This document shows, in pieces, positions 1 to 8,322 of a DNA stretch of 64,000 bases. Numbering within the stretch: position 1 is the first letter of the stretch; each line of letters begins with the position of its first letter. A program made the position numbers and the translations under genes. Origin of the DNA: Ignavibacteria bacterium (GTDB lineage Bacteria > Bacteroidota > Ignavibacteria > Ch128b); assembly GCA_026415235.1 (NCBI GenBank), contig JAOAHM010000037.1:2571-66570 (forward strand), written 5' to 3'. The notes under the pieces were generated by a model. That model did no database searches. It was not told where the DNA came from and saw nothing but the letters and a program-made list of their open reading frames with translations.

Positions 1-1416
1 GTAATTTCTGGTGAAGATGCTTTTAAGCTTTATGATACCTATGGATTTCCACTCGACTTAACTGAATTGATGGCAAGAGAGATTGGTTTTACTGTTGATA
101 AGCAAAGATTTGAAGAGTTAATGGAAGAGCAACGAACTCGTTCAAGAGAAACGAAAAAATTCTTTGGCGCTCCTGCTATCGTTGGTAAAATTGATACATC
201 AAATCTTAAAAAAGTTGAATTCTTAGGTTACGACAAACTCGATGCTGAAGGCAAAGTTGTTGCTCAAGAGAATGATTTGATTGTGTTAGACCAAACTCCA
301 TTCTATGGAGAAGCTGGAGGTCAAGTTGGAGACACTGGAAAAATTATTTACGATAATTATTTAATTGATGTAGTTGATACTCAAAGAGAAGGTGATTTGA
401 TTATTCATAAAGTTGATAAAATTGATTTTGACTTGATGGATAAGACAGTCAAAGCCGTTGTTGATAAATTGAGAAGAAAAGCGATAATGCGCAATCATTC
501 GGCAACTCATCTCATTCACAAAGCATTACGAGAAATTCTTGGTACTCATGTAAAACAAGCAGGTTCTCTTGTTGAACCATCAAGGTTAAGATTCGACTTC
601 ACTCATTACAAAAAACTTTCAAAAGAAGAAATTGAAGCAATTGAACATTTAGTTAACGAAAAGATTAGAGAATCACTGCCATTAATTCATCATCGTAATA
701 TTCCTTTTGAAGAAGCAAAAAAGATGGGTGCATTGATGTTCTTTGGCGACAAGTATGGCGATAGAGTTAATGTCGTTCAGTTTGGAGATTACTCAATGGA
801 ATTTTGTGGTGGAACACATGTCTCAAATACTTCTGAAATAGGTTTATTAAAAATTACTTCCGAAGGTTCAATCAGCAGTGGAATAAGAAGAATTGAAGCA
901 GTAACTGGAGAAGGAGTTGAAAAATTTATTGATGAACAACTACAGAAGTTAAACGAGCTTTCTGAAAAATATGAACAACTTCTCGAAGAAAAACTTAAAC
1001 TCGAGAAAGAAATTGCAACCTTAAAACTTCAAGAGAAAATAAAAGAACTTGATACTTTCTTGGCTAACAAAAAACAAATTGATGGATTTGTTATTGTTTC
1101 TGGTATCGTTCAGGTTGATAATATGGATCAACTGAAAGAATTAGGCGATGTTCTTCGAGAAAAATTAAGAAATGGAGTAGGATTACTGGCATCAACTTTT
1201 GATAATAAAGTTTCTTTCGTTTGTGTAGTAACGGATAATCTTATCAAAGAAAAGAAATTAAATGCAGGAAAAATTGTTGGAGAAGTTGCAAAATTAGTCG
1301 GCGGTGGTGGTGGTGGGCGTCCACATCTTGCAACTGCTGGTGGTAAAGATATTTCAAAACTCAACGAAGCACTAAATCAATTTGAGTTAATTATCAAAAA
1401 AACTATTCAAAACTAA
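1..1416 (+). CDS. alaS: alanine--tRNA ligase, C-terminal ~470 aa (5' end lies outside the window)
   Basis: The reading frame is open from base 1; VISGEDAFKLYDTYGFPLDLT precedes the first Met of the tracked ORF 67..1416. It has the AlaRS editing-domain HxxxH (HSATHLIHKAL), a coiled-coil linker and a C-terminal DHHA1-like Gly-rich GGGGGGRPHLATAGG. Confidence 0.9.
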   Translation, partial: VISGEDAFKLYDTYGFPLDLTELMAREIGFTVDKQRFEELMEEQRTRSRETKKFFGAPAIVGKIDTSNLKKVEFLGYDKLDAEGKVVAQENDLIVLDQTPFYGEAGGQVGDTGKIIYDNYLIDVVDTQREGDLIIHKVDKIDFDLMDKTVKAVVDKLRRKAIMRNHSATHLIHKALREILGTHVKQAGSLVEPSRLRFDFTHYKKLSKEEIEAIEHLVNEKIRESLPLIHHRNIPFEEAKKMGALMFFGDKYGDRVNVVQFGDYSMEFCGGTHVSNTSEIGLLKITSEGSISSGIRRIEAVTGEGVEKFIDEQLQKLNELSEKYEQLLEEKLKLEKEIATLKLQEKIKELDTFLANKKQIDGFVIVSGIVQVDNMDQLKELGDVLREKLRNGVGLLASTFDNKVSFVCVVTDNLIKEKKLNAGKIVGEVAKLVGGGGGGRPHLATAGGKDISKLNEALNQFELIIKKTIQN

Positions 1417-1430
1417 AACAAAAAATTAAA

Positions 1431-2204
1431 TTGATACACGGTAAAACTTATCAGTATATTTTAGAAGGAATAGAAAAGAAGGGAGCACTATTTTTCCTTC
1501 TACTCGATCCTGATAAAACAAGTGCTGATAAAATTGATGATTTAATCACGCACATCGAATCAGCTGATGTAGATGCTCTTTTGATTGGTGGCAGTTTAAT
1601 TTTAGACTCGGATTTTAATGATTTTGTAAAGACAATCAAATCAAAAACAAAAATTCCAGTTGTGATTTTTCCAGGTGGAGTTGAACAAGTTTCACCTTAT
1701 GCAGATGCAATTCTTTTCCTATCAATCATTAGTGGAAGAAATCCAGAGAACTTAATTGGAAAACATGTAATTGCAGCACCACTTATAAAAAGAATTAATC
1801 TCGAACCAATTTCCACTGCATACATTCTGGTTGAGTCTGGAAAAACAACAACTGCCGAATTTCTTAGTAATAGTAAACCAATTCCAAGGCATAAACCAGA
1901 TCTTGCAGCTGCTCATGCACTCGCTGCAGAATATCTCGGTATGAAACTTATTTATCTTGAAGCTGGAAGTGGTGCAGAACTTTCAGTTCCCGAAGAGATG
2001 ATTTATGTAGTTAGTAAGATGTGTTCAGTTCCAATAATCGTCGGAGGAGGAATAAGGTCACCCGAAGTTGCAAGAAAAAAAGTTGAAGCTGGTGCAAAAA
2101 TTATTGTCGTGGGTAATCACTTTGACAATCACGAAAACTTTAGTGAATTAGAAAAATTTACATCAGCAGTTCATTATAAATTGAATAGATTATCAGAGGT
2201 TTGA
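1431..2204 (+). CDS. geranylgeranylglyceryl-/heptaprenylglyceryl-phosphate synthase family protein (PcrB/GGGPS TIM barrel); TTG start
   Basis: Motifs LLLDPDK, LLIGGS, IYLEAGSG, IIVGGGIR and IIVVGN match PcrB/GGGPS conserved blocks; length 257 aa. Confidence 0.75.
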   Translation: MIHGKTYQYILEGIEKKGALFFLLLDPDKTSADKIDDLITHIESADVDALLIGGSLILDSDFNDFVKTIKSKTKIPVVIFPGGVEQVSPYADAILFLSIISGRNPENLIGKHVIAAPLIKRINLEPISTAYILVESGKTTTAEFLSNSKPIPRHKPDLAAAHALAAEYLGMKLIYLEAGSGAELSVPEEMIYVVSKMCSVPIIVGGGIRSPEVARKKVEAGAKIIVVGNHFDNHENFSELEKFTSAVHYKLNRLSEV

Positions 2205-2205
2205 A

Positions 2206-2790
2206 ATGGACAAATCAAAGTTTATCAGAGAATCATTAAATGAAAGTTCCAATCTTAAAAAATTAATCATTGAACATTGTGAACAAGATATTTTGCGTGC
2301 TGTTGATTTGTTAGTAAACACATACAAATCAGGGAAAAAACTTTTGCTTGTCGGAAATGGTGGAAGCGCTGCCGATTGTCAGCATATCGCAACGGAATTG
2401 ATGATAAGACTCAATCATCATATAAAAAGACCAGCCCTTCCAGCAATTGCACTTACTACCGATACATCAAACTTGACGGCAGGTGGTAATGACATTGGTT
2501 ATGAAAATGTTTTTGCTCGAAATGTAGAAGGACTTGGTAACGAAGGCGATGTTCTTTGGGCAATTTCCACAAGTGGTAATTCACCAAATATTATTAAAGC
2601 CATTGAAGTTGCAAGAAGCAAAAAAATGTTCGTTCTTGGTTTAACTGGTCTAACTGGTGGTAAAATGAGTAACATGTGCGATGTAATTATTAAAGTCCCT
2701 TCCGAAAGCACACAGCGAATTCAAGAAGGACACTTAACAATTGAACATATAATTTGTGAATTAGTCGAACTCGAACTCTACTGTAATTAA
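2206..2790 (+). CDS. gmhA: D-sedoheptulose-7-phosphate isomerase (SIS domain)
   Basis: GNGGSAADCQHIATEL, AISTSGNSPNI and TGLTGGKM blocks as in GmhA; 194 aa. Confidence 0.8.
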   Translation: MDKSKFIRESLNESSNLKKLIIEHCEQDILRAVDLLVNTYKSGKKLLLVGNGGSAADCQHIATELMIRLNHHIKRPALPAIALTTDTSNLTAGGNDIGYENVFARNVEGLGNEGDVLWAISTSGNSPNIIKAIEVARSKKMFVLGLTGLTGGKMSNMCDVIIKVPSESTQRIQEGHLTIEHIICELVELELYCN

Positions 2791-3145
2791 TTTTTTTGTT
2801 CAAGTTTAATTTTTTTGCTTTCATATCTTTGAGTGATTAAGTGCTTTTTATTTCTCTCTAATTCCCTTTCAATTAATTTGAAATGATTCAAATCTTTCCA
2901 CTACAAATTGAAAAAAATTAGTTCGAACGAAGAGGTCACTTTAATTCATTTATGAAATTTGAATCCGTTCAGACGAAAATTTCGAAACATAAAAGTATAC
3001 AAACAATTAAATGTTATATCTCTTGATGTCTAAACATTAGAACAAATTTTAATTTAGAACTTAAGTGCTGAGAAAAGATTTATGTTTTTGATTTATTTTT
3101 CAAAGCAAATTTTATCTGATTAATTAAAAATTTTAATTTGTAACT

Positions 3146-4321
3146 ATGGATGAAACACAATATAACTCAACTTTTAGACTAACGGAGAAAAAATTAATAG
3201 AAGGTGTTTTTCTTCGAAGACTAAATCGTTTTGTTGTTGAATGCTCGATTAACGGTAAAAAACATTTTGCTCATCTACCAAATCCAGGAAGATTGTGGGA
3301 ATTGTTATTTAAGAATTCTAAAATTTTACTTTATGAAAACAATACTCTTAATCGAAGTTTTAAATTCACTGTAGCTGCGGTTTATAAAGATAAAAATCCA
3401 ATCCTTTTGCATACAACTGAAAATAATTCTGTTGCAGAATGGTTATTAAAAAATCGTTTAATAGAAGAGCTTAGAGATTTTGAAATAGTAAGTCGAGAAA
3501 AACAACTGAATGAAAGTCGAATTGATTTTCATCTCTCAAACGGTAAAGAGGAATTATTCCTTGAGGTTAAATCATGCACATTGTTCAAAGATAAAATCGC
3601 TATGTTCCCTGATGCAATTACCGAGAGAGGCTCAAAACATTTATTGGAATTATCAAATATTTTAAATACGAATGTTTATGGTGGTGTTTTGTTTTTAGTT
3701 CATAACTATGATGTAGAATATTTTTTACCTGAATTTCATACAGATTTGAAATTTGCTCAAACATTTTTGCAATTAAAAGATAAACTCAAAATATCTGCTT
3801 ATGCATTAAATTGGCGTTCAGATTTAAGTTTAATTTCTAATGAAATTAAAAAACTTAAAGTGCCATTTCACATCTTAGAAAAAGAAGCAAACGATTCGGG
3901 CTCATACATTATTGTACTTTATAATAACCAAAATCAATTAATCAAAATTGGGAATTTGGGAGAATTAGAATTCAAGAAAGGTTATTATTGTTATGTGGGA
4001 AGTGCAGTGCAACACTTAAAAAAAAGAGTCGAAAGACATAAAAGAAAACTCAAGAAACTTCATTGGCATATAGATTATTTATTAACCAAAACAAAAATTC
4101 ATAAAACTCTTGAAATAAGAAGTTCTGATAAAATTGAATGTGAACTTGCAAATGAATTAAAAATTATTTCTGATGGTTTTGTTAAAAATTTTGGTTCCAG
4201 CGATTGCAAATGTTCTTCTCATCTGTTTTATTTTCATGATGATCCTATTCAACGAAAAGATTTTATAGATTTGATATTGCATTTCAGAATCGCTCGATTG
4301 ATTCAAAAGTATAATTTATGA
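3146..4321 (+). CDS. sfsA: SfsA-family protein fused to a C-terminal DUF123 (GIY-YIG-like / Uri-superfamily endonuclease) domain
   Basis: N-terminal ~235 aa carry LRRLNRFVVEC, HLPNPGRL, SRIDFHL, EVKSCTL and FPDAITERGSKHLLEL (cf. E. coli SfsA SRIDFML / EVKSVTL / FPDAVTERGQKHLREL). C-terminal ~150 aa carry GYYCYVGSA, RVERHKRK and HWHIDYLL, characteristic of DUF123/COG1833. Confidence 0.7.
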   Translation: MDETQYNSTFRLTEKKLIEGVFLRRLNRFVVECSINGKKHFAHLPNPGRLWELLFKNSKILLYENNTLNRSFKFTVAAVYKDKNPILLHTTENNSVAEWLLKNRLIEELRDFEIVSREKQLNESRIDFHLSNGKEELFLEVKSCTLFKDKIAMFPDAITERGSKHLLELSNILNTNVYGGVLFLVHNYDVEYFLPEFHTDLKFAQTFLQLKDKLKISAYALNWRSDLSLISNEIKKLKVPFHILEKEANDSGSYIIVLYNNQNQLIKIGNLGELEFKKGYYCYVGSAVQHLKKRVERHKRKLKKLHWHIDYLLTKTKIHKTLEIRSSDKIECELANELKIISDGFVKNFGSSDCKCSSHLFYFHDDPIQRKDFIDLILHFRIARLIQKYNL

Positions 4322-5034
4322 TAGAAATTGATTTTCAAAAAAAATTAAAGTTTCAAAGAATATCTTGGTTCGAAGGATTAAAGAAAGGAATTATTTATTC
4401 ATCATTATTACATGTAATTTTAGTTGTGATTATTCAAATATTACTCCAAATTGACTTCAATCAACCTCAAAGAATCAAAATAAAAAAAATCAGACAGTTT
4501 GCTGTTGAATTAAAAGAAATTCAAGAGCCAAACCCACCAATTTTAATTGACGGTGTATCCTCTAAGGATACTTCTCTACTGAAAGCAGAAAAACCTCACT
4601 TCGCTGGTTTTGAGATCGATACAACCGAAATAATCAATCGTTATGAAGAAAATACATTACAGGTTTCAATACTTTATCCAATTGGCTGGACTTATTTAGA
4701 TAATAAAGTTAAAGATATAATTGATGGAGTGATTTTCTTTCCTGGTGAAAATTCGAATTATGATAGAAGAATTTCAGTTTTAATTCAGGTGAACACTCAA
4801 AAAAATTTGTTCAATCCGAGATTGTATGACTCATCTTTTACTTACAACAAAGTGGTATATTACATTTCAAACCCACAAAAAATTTACGAACAAGTAACTC
4901 AAACAGTGTATATTCGCACTGGTTCTTTCAAAGCAGATTTTTTAATTAAACTTACAGCACCGAATGAAGTTGAATTCAAAAAATTTCAACCAGTATTTTT
5001 TGCAATGGTTAAATCATTTAGCGCTGGTTATTAA
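4318..5034 (+). CDS. hypothetical membrane-anchored protein (single N-terminal TM, extracytoplasmic domain); translationally coupled to the upstream gene via ATGA overlap
   Basis: 238-aa ORF; hydrophobic segment IIYSSLLHVILVVIIQILLQI; start codon overlaps the stop of 3146..4321 by 4 nt. Confidence 0.55.
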   Translation: MIEIDFQKKLKFQRISWFEGLKKGIIYSSLLHVILVVIIQILLQIDFNQPQRIKIKKIRQFAVELKEIQEPNPPILIDGVSSKDTSLLKAEKPHFAGFEIDTTEIINRYEENTLQVSILYPIGWTYLDNKVKDIIDGVIFFPGENSNYDRRISVLIQVNTQKNLFNPRLYDSSFTYNKVVYYISNPQKIYEQVTQTVYIRTGSFKADFLIKLTAPNEVEFKKFQPVFFAMVKSFSAGY

Positions 5035-5088
5035 ATTATATTTAAATTGAAAAAGTAAATTAATTCAAATTAGTTTGAGGAATTACTA

Positions 5089-6090
5089 ATGGAACGGAAT
5101 TCTTCCCTCCAAAATCAAAATGAAAAGAAACGAGCAGCATATCTTTCTCTTGCCATTGGTTTTCTAATGTTTTTTCTCAAAATATTCGCTTTTATCATAA
5201 CTGGTTCATCTGCAATTCTTTCTGATGCAATTGAATCGATTGTTCACATTTTTGCAACATCAATAGCATTTATAAGCTTAATAATTTCTTTACGTCCACC
5301 AGATGAAACTCATCCATACGGTCACGGAAAAATTGAATATTTCTCTGCAGGATTCGAAGGTGGTCTAATCATCATTGCAGCTGCTTCAATAATATTCTTT
5401 GCTGTTGAAGATTTGATTTTTGGAGTTGAATTACAAAAGCTTGACATAGGTGCTTATTTGATTTTTGCGGCTTCAATGATAAATCTTGGTTTAGGTTTAT
5501 TTTTAATCAACATAGGTAGAAAAACAAATTCTTTGATTTTAGAAGCAGATGGAAAACACATTTTAACTGACTCTGTTACTTCAATAGCTGTTTTGGTATC
5601 AATAATTATTGTAATGATTACAGGGATAAAAATTATTGATCCAATTATTGCAATTCTTGTTGGACTAAACATTACTTTCACTGGATATAAATTAGTTCGT
5701 CAATCATTTAAGGGATTAATGCAAGAGAAAGATGAAGCATTGATTCAAAAAATTATTCCAGCTCTTCAAAAAATTCGTCAAGATGATTTTATTGAAATTC
5801 ATAAACTAAGAGCTTGGAGTGCAGGTAATTTTCATTATGTTGATTTCCATTTAATTATTCCTTCTTATTACACAATTGAAGAATCCCATTCTATTCAACG
5901 ATTAATAACATTATCTCTACGAAATGAAATTGGAAATGATTTGCAAACAATGATACATTTTGACCCATGCAAACCTTCTTATTGTCCTTACTGTTCAAAG
6001 AAGGACTGCAACATAAGACAATCTGAATTCATAACTCATATTGAATGGTCAAAAGAAAATTGTTTGAAAGAATTTGTAATTGAACAGTAA
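5089..6090 (+). CDS. cation diffusion facilitator (CDF) family divalent-cation efflux transporter with Cys-rich C-terminal tail
   Basis: Six predicted TM segments, HPYGHGKIEYFSAGFEGG signature, cytoplasmic C-terminal domain, terminal CKPSYCPYCSKKDC. Confidence 0.8.
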   Translation: MERNSSLQNQNEKKRAAYLSLAIGFLMFFLKIFAFIITGSSAILSDAIESIVHIFATSIAFISLIISLRPPDETHPYGHGKIEYFSAGFEGGLIIIAAASIIFFAVEDLIFGVELQKLDIGAYLIFAASMINLGLGLFLINIGRKTNSLILEADGKHILTDSVTSIAVLVSIIIVMITGIKIIDPIIAILVGLNITFTGYKLVRQSFKGLMQEKDEALIQKIIPALQKIRQDDFIEIHKLRAWSAGNFHYVDFHLIIPSYYTIEESHSIQRLITLSLRNEIGNDLQTMIHFDPCKPSYCPYCSKKDCNIRQSEFITHIEWSKENCLKEFVIEQ

Positions 6091-6322
6091 AGACCAAAAG
6101 TAAAATCACAATCAAGTTAATAGGTAAAAATAGATTTTAACATAACTACTTTTAGAATTCAATCAATTATCATTTTTCTTTAAACATCTGACTCAGCTAA
6201 CTCCAATAGTCTATCCAACACACTTGAATTATTATCACCCAAAACTAAATAATTTTGAAAATTCAAATGATTATCAAATAACAATTTTTGGTTTCAAGTT
6301 TCGTAAATTTGTAAGATAATTT

Positions 6323-6952
6323 TTGGAGAAAAAAGTGTTAAAAAAATTAATTCCAAAAGAAGAAAAGTATTTTGATTATTTCAATGAATTAGCTTCTCTT
6401 CTTGAAGATATAGCTTCAGGAGTAGATAAGCTATATTCAGAAGTTAAAAATACAGAAGAGATTGTTTCTAATCTTAAAGACAAAGAACATAAATGTGATA
6501 AAATAACTTCATTAGTTAGACAACAATTAAATCATACTTTTGTAACCCCTTTTGATAGAGAAGATATTCTTCAACTTGTCAAACGAATGGATGATATTGC
6601 TGATATCTTACTTGTAGCTGCATCTCGATTTCAAATCTTTAAAATCCATGATAAAATTGATTTTGCCGACGAAATTGCAAGGATTGTGAAAAATCAAACC
6701 AAAGTTATTAATCATGCAATACACAACTTAAAAAACAATCAAGACATTCTCGATGAATGTGACAAGGTAAAACGACTTGAATCTGAAGCAGATGAGATTT
6801 ATCACAAAGCTTTGACAAGTTTATTTGAAACCGAAAAAGATGCAATTACTCTGATCAAGAAAAAAGAAATTTTAGATGTAATTGAGAAAGCATCTGATAA
6901 TTGTCAATCCGTTGCTCGAATTATTGAGTCAATTGTTATAAAAAATGCATAG
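6323..6952 (+). CDS. DUF47 / PhoU-like phosphate-transport regulator-related protein (TTG start)
   Basis: Helical 209-aa protein immediately upstream of a PiT transporter, the classic DUF47-PiT arrangement. Confidence 0.65.
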   Translation: MEKKVLKKLIPKEEKYFDYFNELASLLEDIASGVDKLYSEVKNTEEIVSNLKDKEHKCDKITSLVRQQLNHTFVTPFDREDILQLVKRMDDIADILLVAASRFQIFKIHDKIDFADEIARIVKNQTKVINHAIHNLKNNQDILDECDKVKRLESEADEIYHKALTSLFETEKDAITLIKKKEILDVIEKASDNCQSVARIIESIVIKNA

Positions 6953-6960
6953 TTGAAATT

Positions 6961-7953
6961 ATGACAATAGTTATTATTCTAATTTTTATAGCTTTAGTGT
7001 TTGATTTTTATAATGGAATGAACGATGCAGCAAATTCAATTGCAACGGTTGTTTCTACAAAAGTATTATCACCATTACAAGGAGTTGCATGGGCTGCATT
7101 TTTCAATTTCATAAGTGCATTTATTTTTGGAGTACATGTTGCTAATACAATTGGAAAAGGGATAGTAGATCCCAATATTGTTGACAATCAAATTATATTC
7201 TCTTCTCTACTTGGTGCAATATTTCTCACAGCAGCAGCAACTCATAACGGTTTACCAATAAGTGTTTCTCACGCTATCATTGGTGGTTTTTCAGGTGCAG
7301 CAGTCACCAAGGCTGGCTTCAGTGCGCTTAAAATCGATGGTATAATAAAAGTAGTGACTTTTATTTTTCTTTCACCATTGATCGGATTTATTCTTGGTTT
7401 AATAATAAGTTTGATTACTCTATGGATTGTAAAAAATAAACCTCCTCGTAAAGTAGACAAGACATTTAGAACTCTACAATTAGTTTCAGCTGCAGCGTAT
7501 TCAATGGGTCACGGCACTAATGATGCACAAAAGACAATGGGAATAATTGCAGTATTGTTGTTTTCAAATGGATTAATCAAAGAATTTTATGTTCCGTTCT
7601 GGGTTGTAATTTCCTGCCATATTGCAATTGCTTTAGGAACACTTGCTGGTGGTTGGAAAGTTATCAGAACGCTTGGAATGAGAGTTACAAAGCTAAGACC
7701 TTTTCATGGTTTTAGTGCAGAATTTTCTGCAGCACTAACTTTGTTTGGTGCATCGTCGTTTGGAATTCCAGTTAGTACAACTCATACAATTACTGGTTCG
7801 ATAATTGGTGTAGGTTCAATACAAAATTTCTCTGCTGTAAAATGGGGTGTGGCTAAAAATATTTTCTTAGCTTGGTTGCTGACTATTCCACTAAGTGCGC
7901 TATTTGCAAGCATTACTTATTTGTTAGTTCATTTCTCTGCTCTATATTTTTAA
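6961..7953 (+). CDS. pitA: inorganic phosphate transporter, PiT family
   Basis: Duplicated GxNDAANSIAT and GTNDAQK motifs; ~10 TM; 330 aa. Confidence 0.85.
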   Translation: MTIVIILIFIALVFDFYNGMNDAANSIATVVSTKVLSPLQGVAWAAFFNFISAFIFGVHVANTIGKGIVDPNIVDNQIIFSSLLGAIFLTAAATHNGLPISVSHAIIGGFSGAAVTKAGFSALKIDGIIKVVTFIFLSPLIGFILGLIISLITLWIVKNKPPRKVDKTFRTLQLVSAAAYSMGHGTNDAQKTMGIIAVLLFSNGLIKEFYVPFWVVISCHIAIALGTLAGGWKVIRTLGMRVTKLRPFHGFSAEFSAALTLFGASSFGIPVSTTHTITGSIIGVGSIQNFSAVKWGVAKNIFLAWLLTIPLSALFASITYLLVHFSALYF

Positions 7954-8273
7954 TATGATTAATTCAGTGTTCTCCAAACATTAAAAAAGCTTTACCAATC
8001 ATTTGATTAATCTCTAAATAGCAATTGTAACACTACTTTAAATCAAAACTTTATCTACCTTATTCAATTAGTTTATCAATCAATTAAAATTCATTTCACT
8101 AAAAATCACTGAAGAATTTTATCCTATCGAAGTAAAAAAACAATTCAATTTTATAAAAGCATGTATTGCTTCATCAATAAAGAAGGATTAATTATCTCAC
8201 CCGTATTTCTTCACACACTCAATTACAGTTTTTGATTCAAAAGAAATGATATGTTATTTGATTAATTTAAAAC

Positions 8274-8303
8274 AAAAAAGCCGTCCAGAAGGACGGCTTT
8301 TTA
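8274..8303. terminator. bidirectional Rho-independent terminator (convergent pitA / OmpA-family gene)
   Basis: AAAAAA-GCCGTCC-agaa-GGACGGC-TTTTT; GC-rich 7-bp stem with a tetraloop, flanked by an A-run and a T-run. Confidence 0.8.
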
Positions 8304-8322
8304 ATAATCACACACCTTTCTC

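Noticed and set aside
1128-1364. Minus-strand ORFs of 60-100 aa embedded opposite well-supported genes. Examples are 1128..1364, 1451..1639, 2499..2711, 5454..5681, 7269..7460, 10068..10397 (+), 13595..13810, 15294..15548, 22211..22408, 28622..28843, 32687..32911, 37519..37818, 41883..42339, 44877..45445, 51144..51563, 52941..53243 and 57025..57615.
   Set aside because: Each lies entirely within, and antisense or out of frame to, a gene with strong family-level motifs. They have low-complexity or odd composition, no RBS context, and no conservation signal; they are treated as spurious.
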